From: Octopus bimaculoides
Lineage: Eukaryota
Direction: 5' to 3'
Assembly (NCBI RefSeq): GCF_001194135.2
Contig: NC_068981.1
Span: forward strand, 82,381,619-82,427,211
DNA: 45,593 nucleotides
Positions within the stretch are counted from its first letter, which is position 1. Each line of letters opens with the position of its first letter. Position numbers and translations under genes: made by a program. Shown here in pieces: positions 11,372 through 22,800 of this stretch. The notes beneath the pieces were generated by a model. It saw only the letters and a program-made list of their open reading frames with translations. It searched no databases and was not told the DNA's origin.

Positions 11372-12614
11372 AACAATAAACAAGATGAGGACAAATACCC
11401 GTCAAATATAAATAATGTATTTATCTCTCTTTTTTTCATGAGGTCGATCAAATAAACACCAGTTGAATAGTTTAATCAATTTTTATCTCTATTATAATGT
11501 GCAGCTTCGTGTCAACATAAGAAATGATTTTGGAACTGATCCGAGTGCATGCCTTTTTTGTTGTAAAGTTCCCTATCCTTTGGCAAGGAAATACTGGTAA
11601 TTTTCGCTTCCAGCTGCCAGTTATGGCAAATGATGTAATATTATGGAAAGTTTTATAAGGCAAAGCTTAATGCTATTCTTTCATATAATCCACTTGAGCT
11701 TTCCTGTGGGCTTTCGCCTTTTAGTGACATGTATTACTTGGTATTCTTTATATTGTGTTAAAATTTGAAACAACTCTGTTGTTGCGGTTGTTGCTGCCGC
11801 TGCTGTCTCTTTCATTTTTTTTGGTCCAATCAGCAATAGCAGCAGCATAGGTGGTAGTGGTGGTGGTGTATTAGTAGGAGGAGAGGCAGATGAAGAAAAG
11901 TGTAAGTATGGAAGAATCGGCAGACGAAATTTCTTTCAGTGTTTATTTCGCTCACTTTTCAGTCTTCGATACAAAGCGCTCAGTTCTTGACATTCTGCAG
12001 TGTACTAGGATATTTCGAGTCCCATACAGTTTCGGTGTCATGTCAATGCGACATTTCCTTTTTTTCAACATTACAACGAAGAATGAATTCGATATGTGTA
12101 ATAGAGTAAGATGTTTGTATTTATCATTTACAAATTGATTGCAAAATAATTCAGGTATCCCCAAAGCGTTCACAGAACTGCATCAGCAATAGCTTAAGCA
12201 ACGTCATCAGCAATGAAATATGACGAAACAAGTGCACAGCAATTTTTGTAAGAGCGCAAATTTCACCTTATATTTGGTTGGGAGCCTGTGTGTCCGTAAG
12301 TGAGATAGAAAGGTGGAAATTGTAGAGCGCTTGAATCAATGCATGAAGTTGTTAATTATTTTTAGCAAAAGAGAGTCCAATTTTAGTATATCAATATCAA
12401 GTCTAAAAAATTTCCAGTTGCTAGAAATAGTGGCATAAACTCTCACATTATCATATGTCACAAACGAAAGGCTGGTCGTGTTATTCATCTTGGAGTTCTC
12501 TCAGGCTTGTAGAGCAACAAGCTTATGGTAAGCATTCTCAGTATAAACCTAAGAAGAAATTTCGCGATGTCATAGAATATAATCTTAAGCCCTTGAATAA
12601 GCATTGTCAATTAA

Positions 12615-12790
12615 GAACATCGCATGACCTAGTGGTTAGGGTGTTAATCGTAATATCGTTGGTTCGATCGTAAGATTGTTGGTTCGACTCTCTGACAAGC
12701 ACTGCGCTGTGTTCTTGGGCAAGACGCTTAATTTCACGTTGATCCCGTCCATTCAGCTGTAAATAGGTAACCTCGAAACGGATTGGCATA
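12615..12790 (+). mobile_element. SINE family C with short internal duplication in the head
   Basis: gcatgacctagtggttagggtgtt; gttggttcga occurs twice; gctgtgttcttgggcaagacgcttaatttcacgttg...cagctg. Confidence 0.75.
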
Positions 12791-15004
12791 CAAGAGTGAG
12801 ATAGTAACTCAGGAATATCACTCGAATGGATGTCTCGTGACCCACATTTTGTATTTAGTGATTGAGAGAGAGAATAGTATAATCCATATCGGGAATGTTG
12901 ACTGTTTAGGATTGGTTGTTCAAACACGTTGAAGGTTGATTGATTGAAAAATATCTTCTAGTGGATTGAGGTGAGTGGCAGTCTCTAATGAAGAAGCACA
13001 ACTTGTTGATTTAGAACATTCGAATTCTCCATGAAATTGTGAAACGTAATGGCCGATAACAACAAAATGTTGAAATTTTGTATGGCTGAGAGTCTATGCA
13101 GAACCCCCCCCCCCAGCTAATATAGGCGTTGACTGCAATAAGGAATTGGTTACATTGAGTTGACGGAAAAACGCACACTCATACACACTCACACATATAC
13201 ACACTGATCGTGATGCAACCTTTCAGAAATGACAGCCAAGTATCTCTCATAAGCATACATTACCCTCTTAAAAAGGAAAACATAATGGGTCCTAAAAGCA
13301 GAAATAGTATGTTCATGGTTCTAGCACTACTGAAAAATGGTGACAACAAATGTTTAGATATGATTTTCGATCTACTAAATTCCAGGTACATGGCGGAAGG
13401 ACAATAAAAATATTGTAGTGTTCATTCTTTTCCCATAAACGCATTGAGACGATGATCTCCAGAGAAAAAGTGGACTCTACCACGTCTTACAGGAAAGCTT
13501 CTCAAGAACAGCATTAACTACTGAGTAACTCACTGATCTAAGCTGATTATAGAATTTAGGACATGAAACATATAGTTCCAATATTTAAGATGATAGAATT
13601 TTCTTTGAGAAAGGATTTGGCCGCAGTAAAGTAAGAGTGAATGAACAAATACAAGAGCTTAGTCGTATGCTTTTGTTGTCGTACGAATTACAACTGTAGC
13701 ATTTCGTTTGAAGGTGTAGTATTAACAGCTTCAGTAATTTACGCGGACGTTATCTTGCGATGGTTTAATAATGAATGTCGGTGAAAATTGCCAGTAACCA
13801 TGGCGGATGTTTGCTGGTTAATAGAGATAAGAAGAAACCTACAATGAAATATTTTAAGTCTTCATTGTAGTTGTCGCTTCCGTCGTAGTCGTAGTCTTCG
13901 TAATAGTTGGAATCGTATAAATTAAACGTTCTTTCTTTCTTTACTTCTTTCTTTCACTGAAGATAATTATCAATGAAATGTTGTTAGATGTTATTGACAG
14001 TGTGATCCGCCTGACACAAAAACTAACAGCTGAAGGAAGTGAATAACTGAGAATGATAAAGTGTGTGTGTAAAGTGACAATATAACACCAACAGTTGTAC
14101 TATATCTCGTTAACGAAGATATATAACGGCCCGGAATAAAAGAAAACCATAGAATTGTGCATAGAAACTCTCATCTGATTGCAAAACTTGTACACACTTC
14201 TTTTCGACTAGTTTCTTATAGATACAAAAAATTGCAAAAAATCATTATCATATTTGTTTCTTATTTAAACAAACAACGTCTCCTCTATAAAAAATGAGAT
14301 TATATGATGTTGCATATTTTGCACAGAAGATTTTTATCTGAATTGCCAAATATGAGAAGATCTTTATAAGAATTAGAACCAAAAAGAATGTTTTACTGCG
14401 ATTGTTCTACCTTCGAGAAGATAGCATTTAAATATTCCTCGAGTTACACTGTACCGTCATAAAAAGAAGGAAGAAGACATTGGGTAATGTAGTCCTAGGT
14501 AGACCATGTTTTTTTTTTTAATAAGATGGAATAGTAATGGCTAGAACATCTTTGGCTAGAAATGTTCAATTAAGTTCAATCTGAGGTCGAGAATAAACAA
14601 CACAATCAACAACATCATCCTACTAGTCTTTGACCCAGCAAAAACGGCTGAACGCAGTGCTTCGGCCAGCTAGAAATAGCACCTAATTTTTCTTATCCCT
14701 CACTGTACTGTAGGGCACATTTTACTTCATAGGCCTTCATATACTTAGCAAAATAAATCATAAATAAATAACTGACGGGCTGTTCATGGCTAAATATATG
14801 TTTTATCATTGCTCTGTAGGATCAATGCTACTCTGGGAATGAACCACGACATTAGATTAATTTTAAAGTAGACAAGTAAAAAGATTTAAAGCAAAAGACA
14901 TGCCATATTCAACCCTCTTCTCAAGCGTCGATTCCACAGGGTAGCAGTGATAATTTAGCGGGGAATCCATAAATTATTAACAAGATAAATGTAGAGTACT
15001 GGAG

Positions 15005-15160
15005 TACAGTGATGGCACGTGTCTTAGTAGATACGAGTGTTTGATTCATGGTCGTAAGATCGATTTCTGGGTCAGGACGTGTATTATATACTTGAGGAAC
15101 GCATTTCATTTTGCATTGATCCTGTCTACTCAACTGCGAATAAGCACCGACCGACAACTA
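15005..15160 (+). mobile_element. Highly decayed SINE family C
   Basis: gcacgtgtcttagtag...ggtcgtaagatcgatttctgg...cttgaggaacgcatttcatttt; weak similarity only. Confidence 0.45.
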
Positions 15161-15639
15161 ACGCAGCTCTCTCTTCCTCAGTCTATCTGTCAAGTCCTGG
15201 ATGTGCTACTCTTTCATATACAGGGTCACCGAAAGGGTCTTGGTGACTACGTAGGCTTGTAAACCAAGATAGATGTTACGAAACAAATCTCATTCGAGAG
15301 TGACGATTGATTGTACAGGTTTGAACCACAGGAAACACAGTTCTACTATGTCAATAGCAGATATAGTGGTGTATGTGTGGTGTAGCAGTAAAGTGCCTAA
15401 TATATCTACCTATCAATCTATCTATCTCAAAACCAACGTTCTACATTCAGCTTCTTCCTTTTTTAAAAAATAGAACTTGATGATCCTGTAATATGTTGGT
15501 TTCAAATGAATTTTGGCTTCAAAAATTGAAAGGCGAAATTGACCTCTGAGCGTAAATACAGAAGAAATGTCACCAATAATCTTTCCGGCCTGCTAAAGAT
15601 ACTACCAGCTCGCCGCCTTAATCCTGCAATATATTGATT

Positions 15640-15814
15640 TCAACATTTGACAGAAAGCCAGTTATTGCAGGGGAGGGGTAATCGATTACATAGTCACCAT
15701 TGCTCGGCAAAATTACGAAAAGAAAAGTCGACCTCAGTGGACTTTGAACTGAGAATGTGAAGATGAACTAAATGCTGATAAGCGTTTTGCTTGGCGTGCT
15801 AACGATTCTGACAG
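15640..15814 (-). mobile_element. SINE family A, body (split copy)
   Basis: aaaagtcgacctcagtggactttgaactgagaatgtg...ggcgtgctaacgattctgacag; the head continues at 17091-17150. Confidence 0.8.
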
Positions 15815-16579
15815 TTTATCCCGGCGTTGCCCAGGATTTAGTTAGCTAATCAAACGCTTCGTTTCAAACCAAACTAAATTGCACCGACATCAAATTTGAG
15901 CGAAATCCATTGAAATTGGTAAACGTTTGGCTGAAAATTGTATGCAGACAGTTTAATTGAAATCCCACAAGGAATTGTTTTATCGATTTTTCCACTCATC
16001 GACTGTATTCTTTTTTTGGGGGGAGAACTTAAAGCATTCAAAGATCCCATGAGTCCTAAGTAACGTCGGCATCAAGTTTGAACAAAATACGTCAAAATTG
16101 GTAAACGTTATGGCTGAAAATGGGGTGTAGCCAATTTTAATAGGGAAATCCTATAAGGAATCGATTTTTCATCCTGATTGAATGGAATCCCCATAAGGAA
16201 TCAGTATATTGATTTTTCACTCCAAATAGGACTTAACCGAAAACAACATTGCTGATTCAATGTGAGAGAGAGAGAAAGAGAGAGAGAGAGACAGAGAAAG
16301 AGAGTGATAGCATAACACCTCTCTTTCTCTCTGTCTCTCTCTGTCTCACACACACGCAGTAACGCACACTTTCTTTCTCTCTCTCTCTTTCCGACAACAC
16401 AAACCTCTCTCTCTCTCTCTGTCAATCACTCACGCACTCACTCAAAAAAGATGCGAGGAAAAATAAATTTTAAAAACGTATGCTGTTACTATTTTCCCCA
16501 CACACACAAACACACACATACACACACAGCGTACATCTTTGAGTGAGTGATTGACTGAGAGAGAGAAGTGTGTGTTGTC

Positions 16580-16631
<52 letters not shown>

Positions 16632-17090
16632 GTTACGCTATCACTCTCTCTCTCTCTCTCTCTCTCTCTCAGTCAATCACTCAAAAAAGATGCATGGAAA
16701 AATAAATTTAAAAAATGTACACTGAAACTCTCTCTCTCTCCTTTACACACTCACGCACACACACAAACACACACATATACACACATCAACACACACCTTC
16801 TCTTCGCCATCGCAAGAAGGTGACTTAACTCATGGTAGAAAACTTACAGATTTTACCGACGTTCAAAATTGGTAAAAGTCATGGTTGAAAATCGATTTTT
16901 ACCACTATCCGCGGGTGTCTCGGGAAAAATAAGTTGACAAAAGCACAGCCATGGTCGTGACCAATGTCCTCTTAAAATTGGAGCGACATGCGTGCTAATT
17001 TGTGGACGTGCATCAATTACATTCACGCACACGCACACACACACACACACACACAGACACACACACATCCTGCCTTTTATAGATATAGAT
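15815..17090 (-). mobile_element. Non-autonomous Helitron/Helentron-like element with internal microsatellites
   Basis: Minus-strand start A|TCTATATCTATAAAAGGCAG at 17090; (CA)n near that end; hairpin-like cccggcgttgcccagg at the other end; repeated aaattggtaaacg/aag...gg(c/t)tgaaaat modules at ~15913, 16094 and 16864. The CTAG terminus is not visible. Confidence 0.65.
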
Positions 17091-17150
17091 TAAGTCTGGT
17101 TAAGCAATTTGCTGGGCGTGCTAACGATTCTGACAGCTCGCCGCCGCCTT
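17091..17150 (-). mobile_element. SINE family A head (split copy)
   Basis: taagcaatttgctgggcgtgctaacgattctgacagctcgccgccgcctt. Confidence 0.8.
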
Positions 17151-18189
17151 ATGAACCTGTGATATATTATGATATACTGCCTGGATACCAAACCCAAGTA
17201 TCCACACCATAGTGACATAAATGAAGTAAATGACAATCGAAACTGCACCGCTAACTCGACTCTCGAAAATATGACAGTTAAAGCATTCATAAAACATAAT
17301 TAACCANNNNNNNNNNNNNNNNNNNNNNNNNNNNNNNNNNNNNNNNNNNNNNNNNNNNNNNNNNNNNNNNNNNNNNNNNNNNNNNNNNNNNNNNNNNNNN
17401 NNNNNNNNNNNNNNNNNNNNNNNNNNNNNNNNNNNNNNNNNNNNNNNNNNNNNNNNNNNNNNNNNNNNNNNAAAAAACATGAATAGCAAAAGATGATAAA
17501 GTAAATTATAATTATTTGATAATTATTTTCAATTTAATCATTCAATTTCGAAGTCAATCACAAAGTCGCATTTTCTGCTGTGGGCATATATATTGAGACT
17601 AATAAAGCGAAAACAGGAATGGCAATGGTTACGAAATATTTTTGTTCTGACGAAGTTGGTGTTTGTTTCATTTTAACAGATTAGCTGTAACCATAACTGA
17701 AGAAAGCTGTGATGATGTCGATGTGGATAATGATCGTGGTGACACAATGATGGCGATGGTCTTACGGCAGTAACGATGATGCTGCTGTTGCAGAAACTGC
17801 TACTAAGCTTCGTGAATCCACATTGCTTTCCCCGTTTCATGAATATATTATGAATGAATTTACAAGACCATTTTTTTCTTCTTCTTCTCTATTGAGCGAT
17901 CGTTCATAAAATCCGACGCTGACTCTCCTGCGATCCTGCTGGAAGTAGCTGTAGAAATACTTCTAATAGGATTAATATGATTACTATGAGTAATATTAGT
18001 ACTATTATCAAATCAACAACAAACCAAAAACAAAACAAAAAGATAATAATACTAGGGAAAAATAGTAAAATAAGAGTTGTAGGAAAGGCTGCAAAGTGTT
18101 TTGTGCCACCAGTTTCCGTTCCGCCAGTTCGGTGATTTTTACCATTTCTCTTCTCATAGTATTAAGTTCAGCAATTGCAAAGTCAGTAG

Positions 18190-19045
18190 ATTATTTTTTT
18201 ATCGACCCTGGATTTGAAGTAGAACATAAAGAGCCAGGGTATTTTATCGACACTCTAACGATTCAGCTAGTTCGCTGCCTGCCATAATCCCTATGTAAGC
18301 ACAAGGCCTGAAATTTTGTTGGGTTTGGGTTAGTCGATTACAACGACCTAGATCACAACTGGTACTTATTTTATCAAAGGATGAAAGACAAAATATATCT
18401 CGGCGGATTTTGAACTCAGAACGTGAAGACGAAATAAATAATTTTATCCAGCGCGGTAACGATTCTTCCAGTAATATTTTGAATTTGGGAACGTGGTCAG
18501 CAGTTTCATAGGAAAGGGGCTAGTCGATTACATCAATCTTCAGTATTTGACAGGTGCTTTATTTTGTCGACCAACCGAGGATTTGATACCCGAACGTAAA
18601 GAATGGAAAGAAACGCAGCAAGGATGTTTGTGTGACGCTCATACAATTATGAAAATTCACCACCAGCTCCATAATAGAAATCTTTTCTAGTGTAGACACA
18701 AGGCCTGAATGTTTAAGGGGACAGTGACTAGTTGGTTATAATGCCCCCAGGGCTCAGATAGTACTTATTTTATCCACCTCGAAAGAATGAAAGGCTCCTC
18801 GGCGGTATCTGAACTCAGAAAATACAGAATCGGAAGAAATGACACTAAGCATTTTATCCGACGCGCTAACGATTTTGACACTTCGTCTCCTTCTCAACTG
18901 CAATAGTTCTTTCAGTTATTTGGCCCCAGGTCAGTAGATTTTGGAGGAAAGAGCTAGTCAAGTAAATCGACTTCTACAGGAATTTGAACTCAGAATCTAA
19001 AGATCCTTAACTAAATACTGCAAAGCATTTTGTCCGACTCATAAC
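18190..19045 (-). mobile_element. Cluster of about five decayed head-to-tail SINE A copies
   Basis: Recurrent tttgaactcaga (B-box), tagtcgattac, gcacaaggcctgaa and taagcatttt motifs at ~18190, 18290, 18480, 18675 and 18900. Confidence 0.75.
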
Positions 19046-19340
19046 TAAATACTACCTTTGCTGAACTGAGCTGTTTCTTGCAAACAACATGAAATTTATT
19101 TGGTAGTAATTCTATTTTCAACTTGTGCGCGATGAAGGAAGGCACTGTTTATAGGAGTTTGCGCGAGTGCGAACGCTTGGATGTATAAGCATGGGATTCA
19201 GTTATGCTTAACCAGGGGCTGGCCTTCTATTATGCTGTATTTCTATTTCTGGGTTCAAATACTATCGAGGTTTACCTTGCCTTTATTTCATTTGAGGTTG
19301 ATAAGATACAGTGTCAATCAAATCAATTAATTCTACTGTG

Positions 19341-19470
19341 TATTCTTTTATTCTTTTACTTGTTTACAGTCATTTGACTGTGGTCATGCTGGAGCACCAC
19401 CTTGAAGGGTTTTACACGAACAAATCGACCCAAGGACTGATTTTTTTAGTCTTGTACTTATTCTATTCAA
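19341..19470 (-). mobile_element. SINE family B, 3' fragment
   Basis: ttcttttacttgtttacagtcatttgactgtggtcatgctggagcaccacc...aaatcgacccaaggact. Confidence 0.8.
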
Positions 19471-19509
19471 AAGAAAATTATATCTTGTTCTTGTATTAGA
19501 AAACATTAG

Positions 19510-19725
19510 GGAGAAAGTTGGCAGAATCGTTAGAGCGTGAAAAAAAAAAGAAATGTGCATAGCATCATTTATTTATTGCTTATATTCAGAGTTCAAGCCC
19601 TGCTGCTTTCCACTCTACCTTTCATCTTTTGGAGATCGATGAAATAAAGTACGAACAAAAGAGTAGGGGTCGATGGTGTCGGCTATCCACCTCTCAAAAT
19701 TGCTGGCTCCTTACCCAAGTCAGAA
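19510..19725 (+). mobile_element. Decayed SINE family A
   Basis: gttggcagaatcgttagagcg...cagagttcaag...cctttcatc...ggggtcgatg...aaaattgctgg. Confidence 0.7.
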
Positions 19726-20199
19726 ATAATTATATTGATGTTTTTAAAAAAACCCACAACAACAAAAACAAGATCATAGCGAGTCCGTCTATTTTCTCAA
19801 ACAGAACACGAGGTGTATGTTATAATCAGCGATGTGTGTGTGTGTGTGTGTGTGTGTATGTATATTTGTTTGTGTGTATGTATAGATTGTGTGTGTGGAA
19901 GTGCTTCTTTCATAGGTGGGCCGTTTGACAAGGTCGATCCGTTCACTTTCCAACACCCAATTTTCTGTCACCCTATTTCACACCCAGACGCATTAATAGC
20001 CTCAAGTGCAGTTTAAGTCAACAGAAAAAGGAAGTCGACGTTCAAATCTCACCTTCGACACCCTCGTTTTCTTTGCTTCTTTTGTTTATTGTTACTTTTA
20101 TTTTATTTTTTAAATAATGATAAAATAAATAAAAAAGAAATACCTAGAATAAAAATCCGATTTCATAATAATTTATTCATCTACCATTATTGCTATTAT

Positions 20200-20795
20200 A
20201 AGGCGGCGAGCTGGCAGAATCGTAAGCGCGCCGGGTGACATGCTTAGTGGCATTTCGTCTGTCTTCACGTTCTGAGTTCAAATTCCGCCGAGGTTGATTT
20301 TGCTTTTCATTCTTTCAGGGTCATTAAAATAAGTTACAATTGAACACTGGGGTCGATATAATCCACTTATCCCCCAAAATTGCTGTCCTTGTGGCAAAAT
20401 TTGAAACTATTATTATTATAAGGCGGAAGTTGGCAGAATCTTTTATACGTCGGGCGATATGCTTAGCGGTATTTCATCTGTCTTCACTTTCTGAGTTCAA
20501 ATTCCGCCGAGGTCGATTTTGCCTTTCATTCTTTCGGGGTCGATAAAATAAGTACCAGTTGAACATTGGGCTAGATGAAATAGACTCATCTCCTCCCCAA
20601 AAATTGCTATGAATATTGCAAAATTGCTACCCTTGTGGCAAAATACTTAGCGGCATTTCGCTCGTCTTTACTTTCCGAGTTTAAATTCCGCCAATGTTGA
20701 CTCTGCCTTTCTTCTTTACAAGTTCGATAGAATAAGTATCAGTTGAACTTCAAAAATTCCAAGCCTTATGCCTATAGTAGAAAGGATTATGACTA
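20200..20795 (+). mobile_element. Three tandem SINE family A copies
   Basis: Copies start at ~20201, 20421 and ~20641 (the last is 5'-truncated); the first two have B-box gagttcaaattccgccgagg, the third has gagtttaaattccgcc. Confidence 0.9.
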
Positions 20796-22229
20796 TATAA
20801 AAGAAAATATCAATAGTTACACACGTTATCCTTTTCATTTTCCCTTTAATTCATTAGTTTTATATTCTAATTCATACGCTTATTTTATGACAAGCTACAT
20901 GTACAACGTACGAAACACGTTTATAATTTTAAAGATATGTGGTTAAAATTTTATGAAATTATAGTTAATTCTAGTAGGTTGACTGATTGCTCTGAAGTAT
21001 TTTTTTTAGATCAATCAGAGTTGATCTACACTTACAAAATAAGAATAGCGTTATGAAACGTTTCAGTGACAGGAACCCGCATAGCATGACTGAGTTACGT
21101 TTGGGAAGAATTCACAGTCTTCACATGACATACTCTCAGATGCGGTTCATACATCACTACAATCTATAAGCTTCACTAGAAGAAATGAGGTGATTTGCAA
21201 TGTTTCGTGCACAGAAAAATTTCGTATTTACTTTCAGCAGTATTCCTTTAAGGTTCTGTCAATTTAATACCAGTTAGAAATTAGGGTCAGCTGTCATTCG
21301 TTTTTGAAAAGTTTGGCATTAGATCTAAATAACGGGTATATGCTCTATTAAATATGCTAACACACTCTCACGCACATTATACTTGTATATATTTATGTAT
21401 ATCTTAATGTGGGCTTGTACACCAATGTAAACACAGTTGATTCTGCTTTCTCCCCTTAGAATTTAGCAATATGTTTGCTTAGCATTTGACATACAACATT
21501 CTTTTCATTCATTTGTTGTCAACTTTAACCATAGAATAAACTGCGATACAATCACACATCTCGTCATTCTTTGCCCCTTGCCTCATTTTACTCTTTCTCT
21601 TCCTATCGCTTGCGCTGTAACTGTATGTATGTATGTATGTATGTAAACCTTTCTTTTACGAATCCTCTGAACAGTGAAATGTGAAGATATTTTGACTTAG
21701 CTGTTCAACTAGTAACAGGTGCCAGACCCTAAAGAGAGCTGGTGTAAAAGGTATTTCTCGAATTACTTATGGCAGCCATGATTACAGTAGCAAGATAACG
21801 TCTCAATACTGACCTTTCCTCTCTAAATGCTTCTACTGTATCGGAATTTGAGGACGCGTTATGACAGGTCGTTAACTCCTGATGTGGCATAATGATACAT
21901 CTTTACGGTATTGCGAGCCCATTAGAACGAAATGCCTTCAATGAAACAAGCACTAACAAAAGCTAAATAAAAAGAGAGTAGTTAAAATATACATGCACAG
22001 AAATAGTCAATATGAAAAAGAAAAGAGAAAAATAAAGAAGCAGGAGAGCATATTTCTTCTGATTATTTACAACAATTCATCTAGATTTAGGGGAAATGGA
22101 ATAGAGATAAAGAATAAAAGAACGCAAAGAATATGGTATGTAAATTGGTTCAAGAATTAAGCCTGAAGTTTCCGAGATTTACGGATAGTGTCTTTGCCAT
22201 TTAATATCTTTTTCCTCATAGACTTTTAA

Positions 22230-22800
22230 AGGGTGCTACTTTGAGACTGTCGTTAATTTAGAAAAACAGATTCATGCGTTCTCTTCAATGGAGCTTTTAG
22301 TAATTACGGCATAATTAAGTGAATGAGTAGCAGGTTCATTATTTGTGTGATCTAGAAGGTAGTCTATTGAACTCAAAACTTGGAGCCATCCATGTACCAT
22401 GTTACCGAAACGAGCTATTCACTCCTGAACAAAGCACCAAGTCAATTCAATAATCCAACAGTGACTTGCATTTATTTAATTAATCTAGATCCAATATTCT
22501 GCTGTACAACAGAGAACAAAATTAATTCTTTATAACATAGAAGATAACGATACGGTTATAGAGTACAAGCGTCTGCGTCTCATGTTCAAATTTACAACTG
22601 TTTTATAATACTTCTCTGATTAATCCACATAATTTTATATGTCTAAGTCCAACTCCCTGTCACGAATCCAAATCCAATTCATATGGATTCCTAGAATTGA
22701 TTCTACTTTCCCTTTTACTTCTATCTCCAGTAACAAACTCGACTCAATATGCTTAAACTTGCCGAAAGATATGTTCTCATAACTTGCGTAACATGATTTG
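22230..22800 (-). pseudogene. Possible very decayed Ty1/copia-like RT remnant
   Basis: Manual minus-strand translation across frameshifts gives EVKGKVESILGI, KIMWINQRS, (Y)QQNIGS and TVGLL in the order expected for copia RT; no clean YVDD. Confidence 0.3.

Larger units (their letters stand above)
9972..11420 (+). mobile_element. 5'-truncated Penelope-like retroelement (RT + GIY-YIG + 3' region)
   Basis: RT motifs GLAMGSPLS and RYVDDTF, TSVYRKPTFTGRYL, LPYVKG, GIY-YIG motif CVYVIPCSCGRLYKGET, and a hammerhead scaffold in the 3' region. Confidence 0.93.

Noticed and set aside
17655-17775. Acceptor-like ttttaacag followed by an acidic open frame
   Set aside because: Looks like a decayed (GAT)n tract ending in a stop; no homology recognised.
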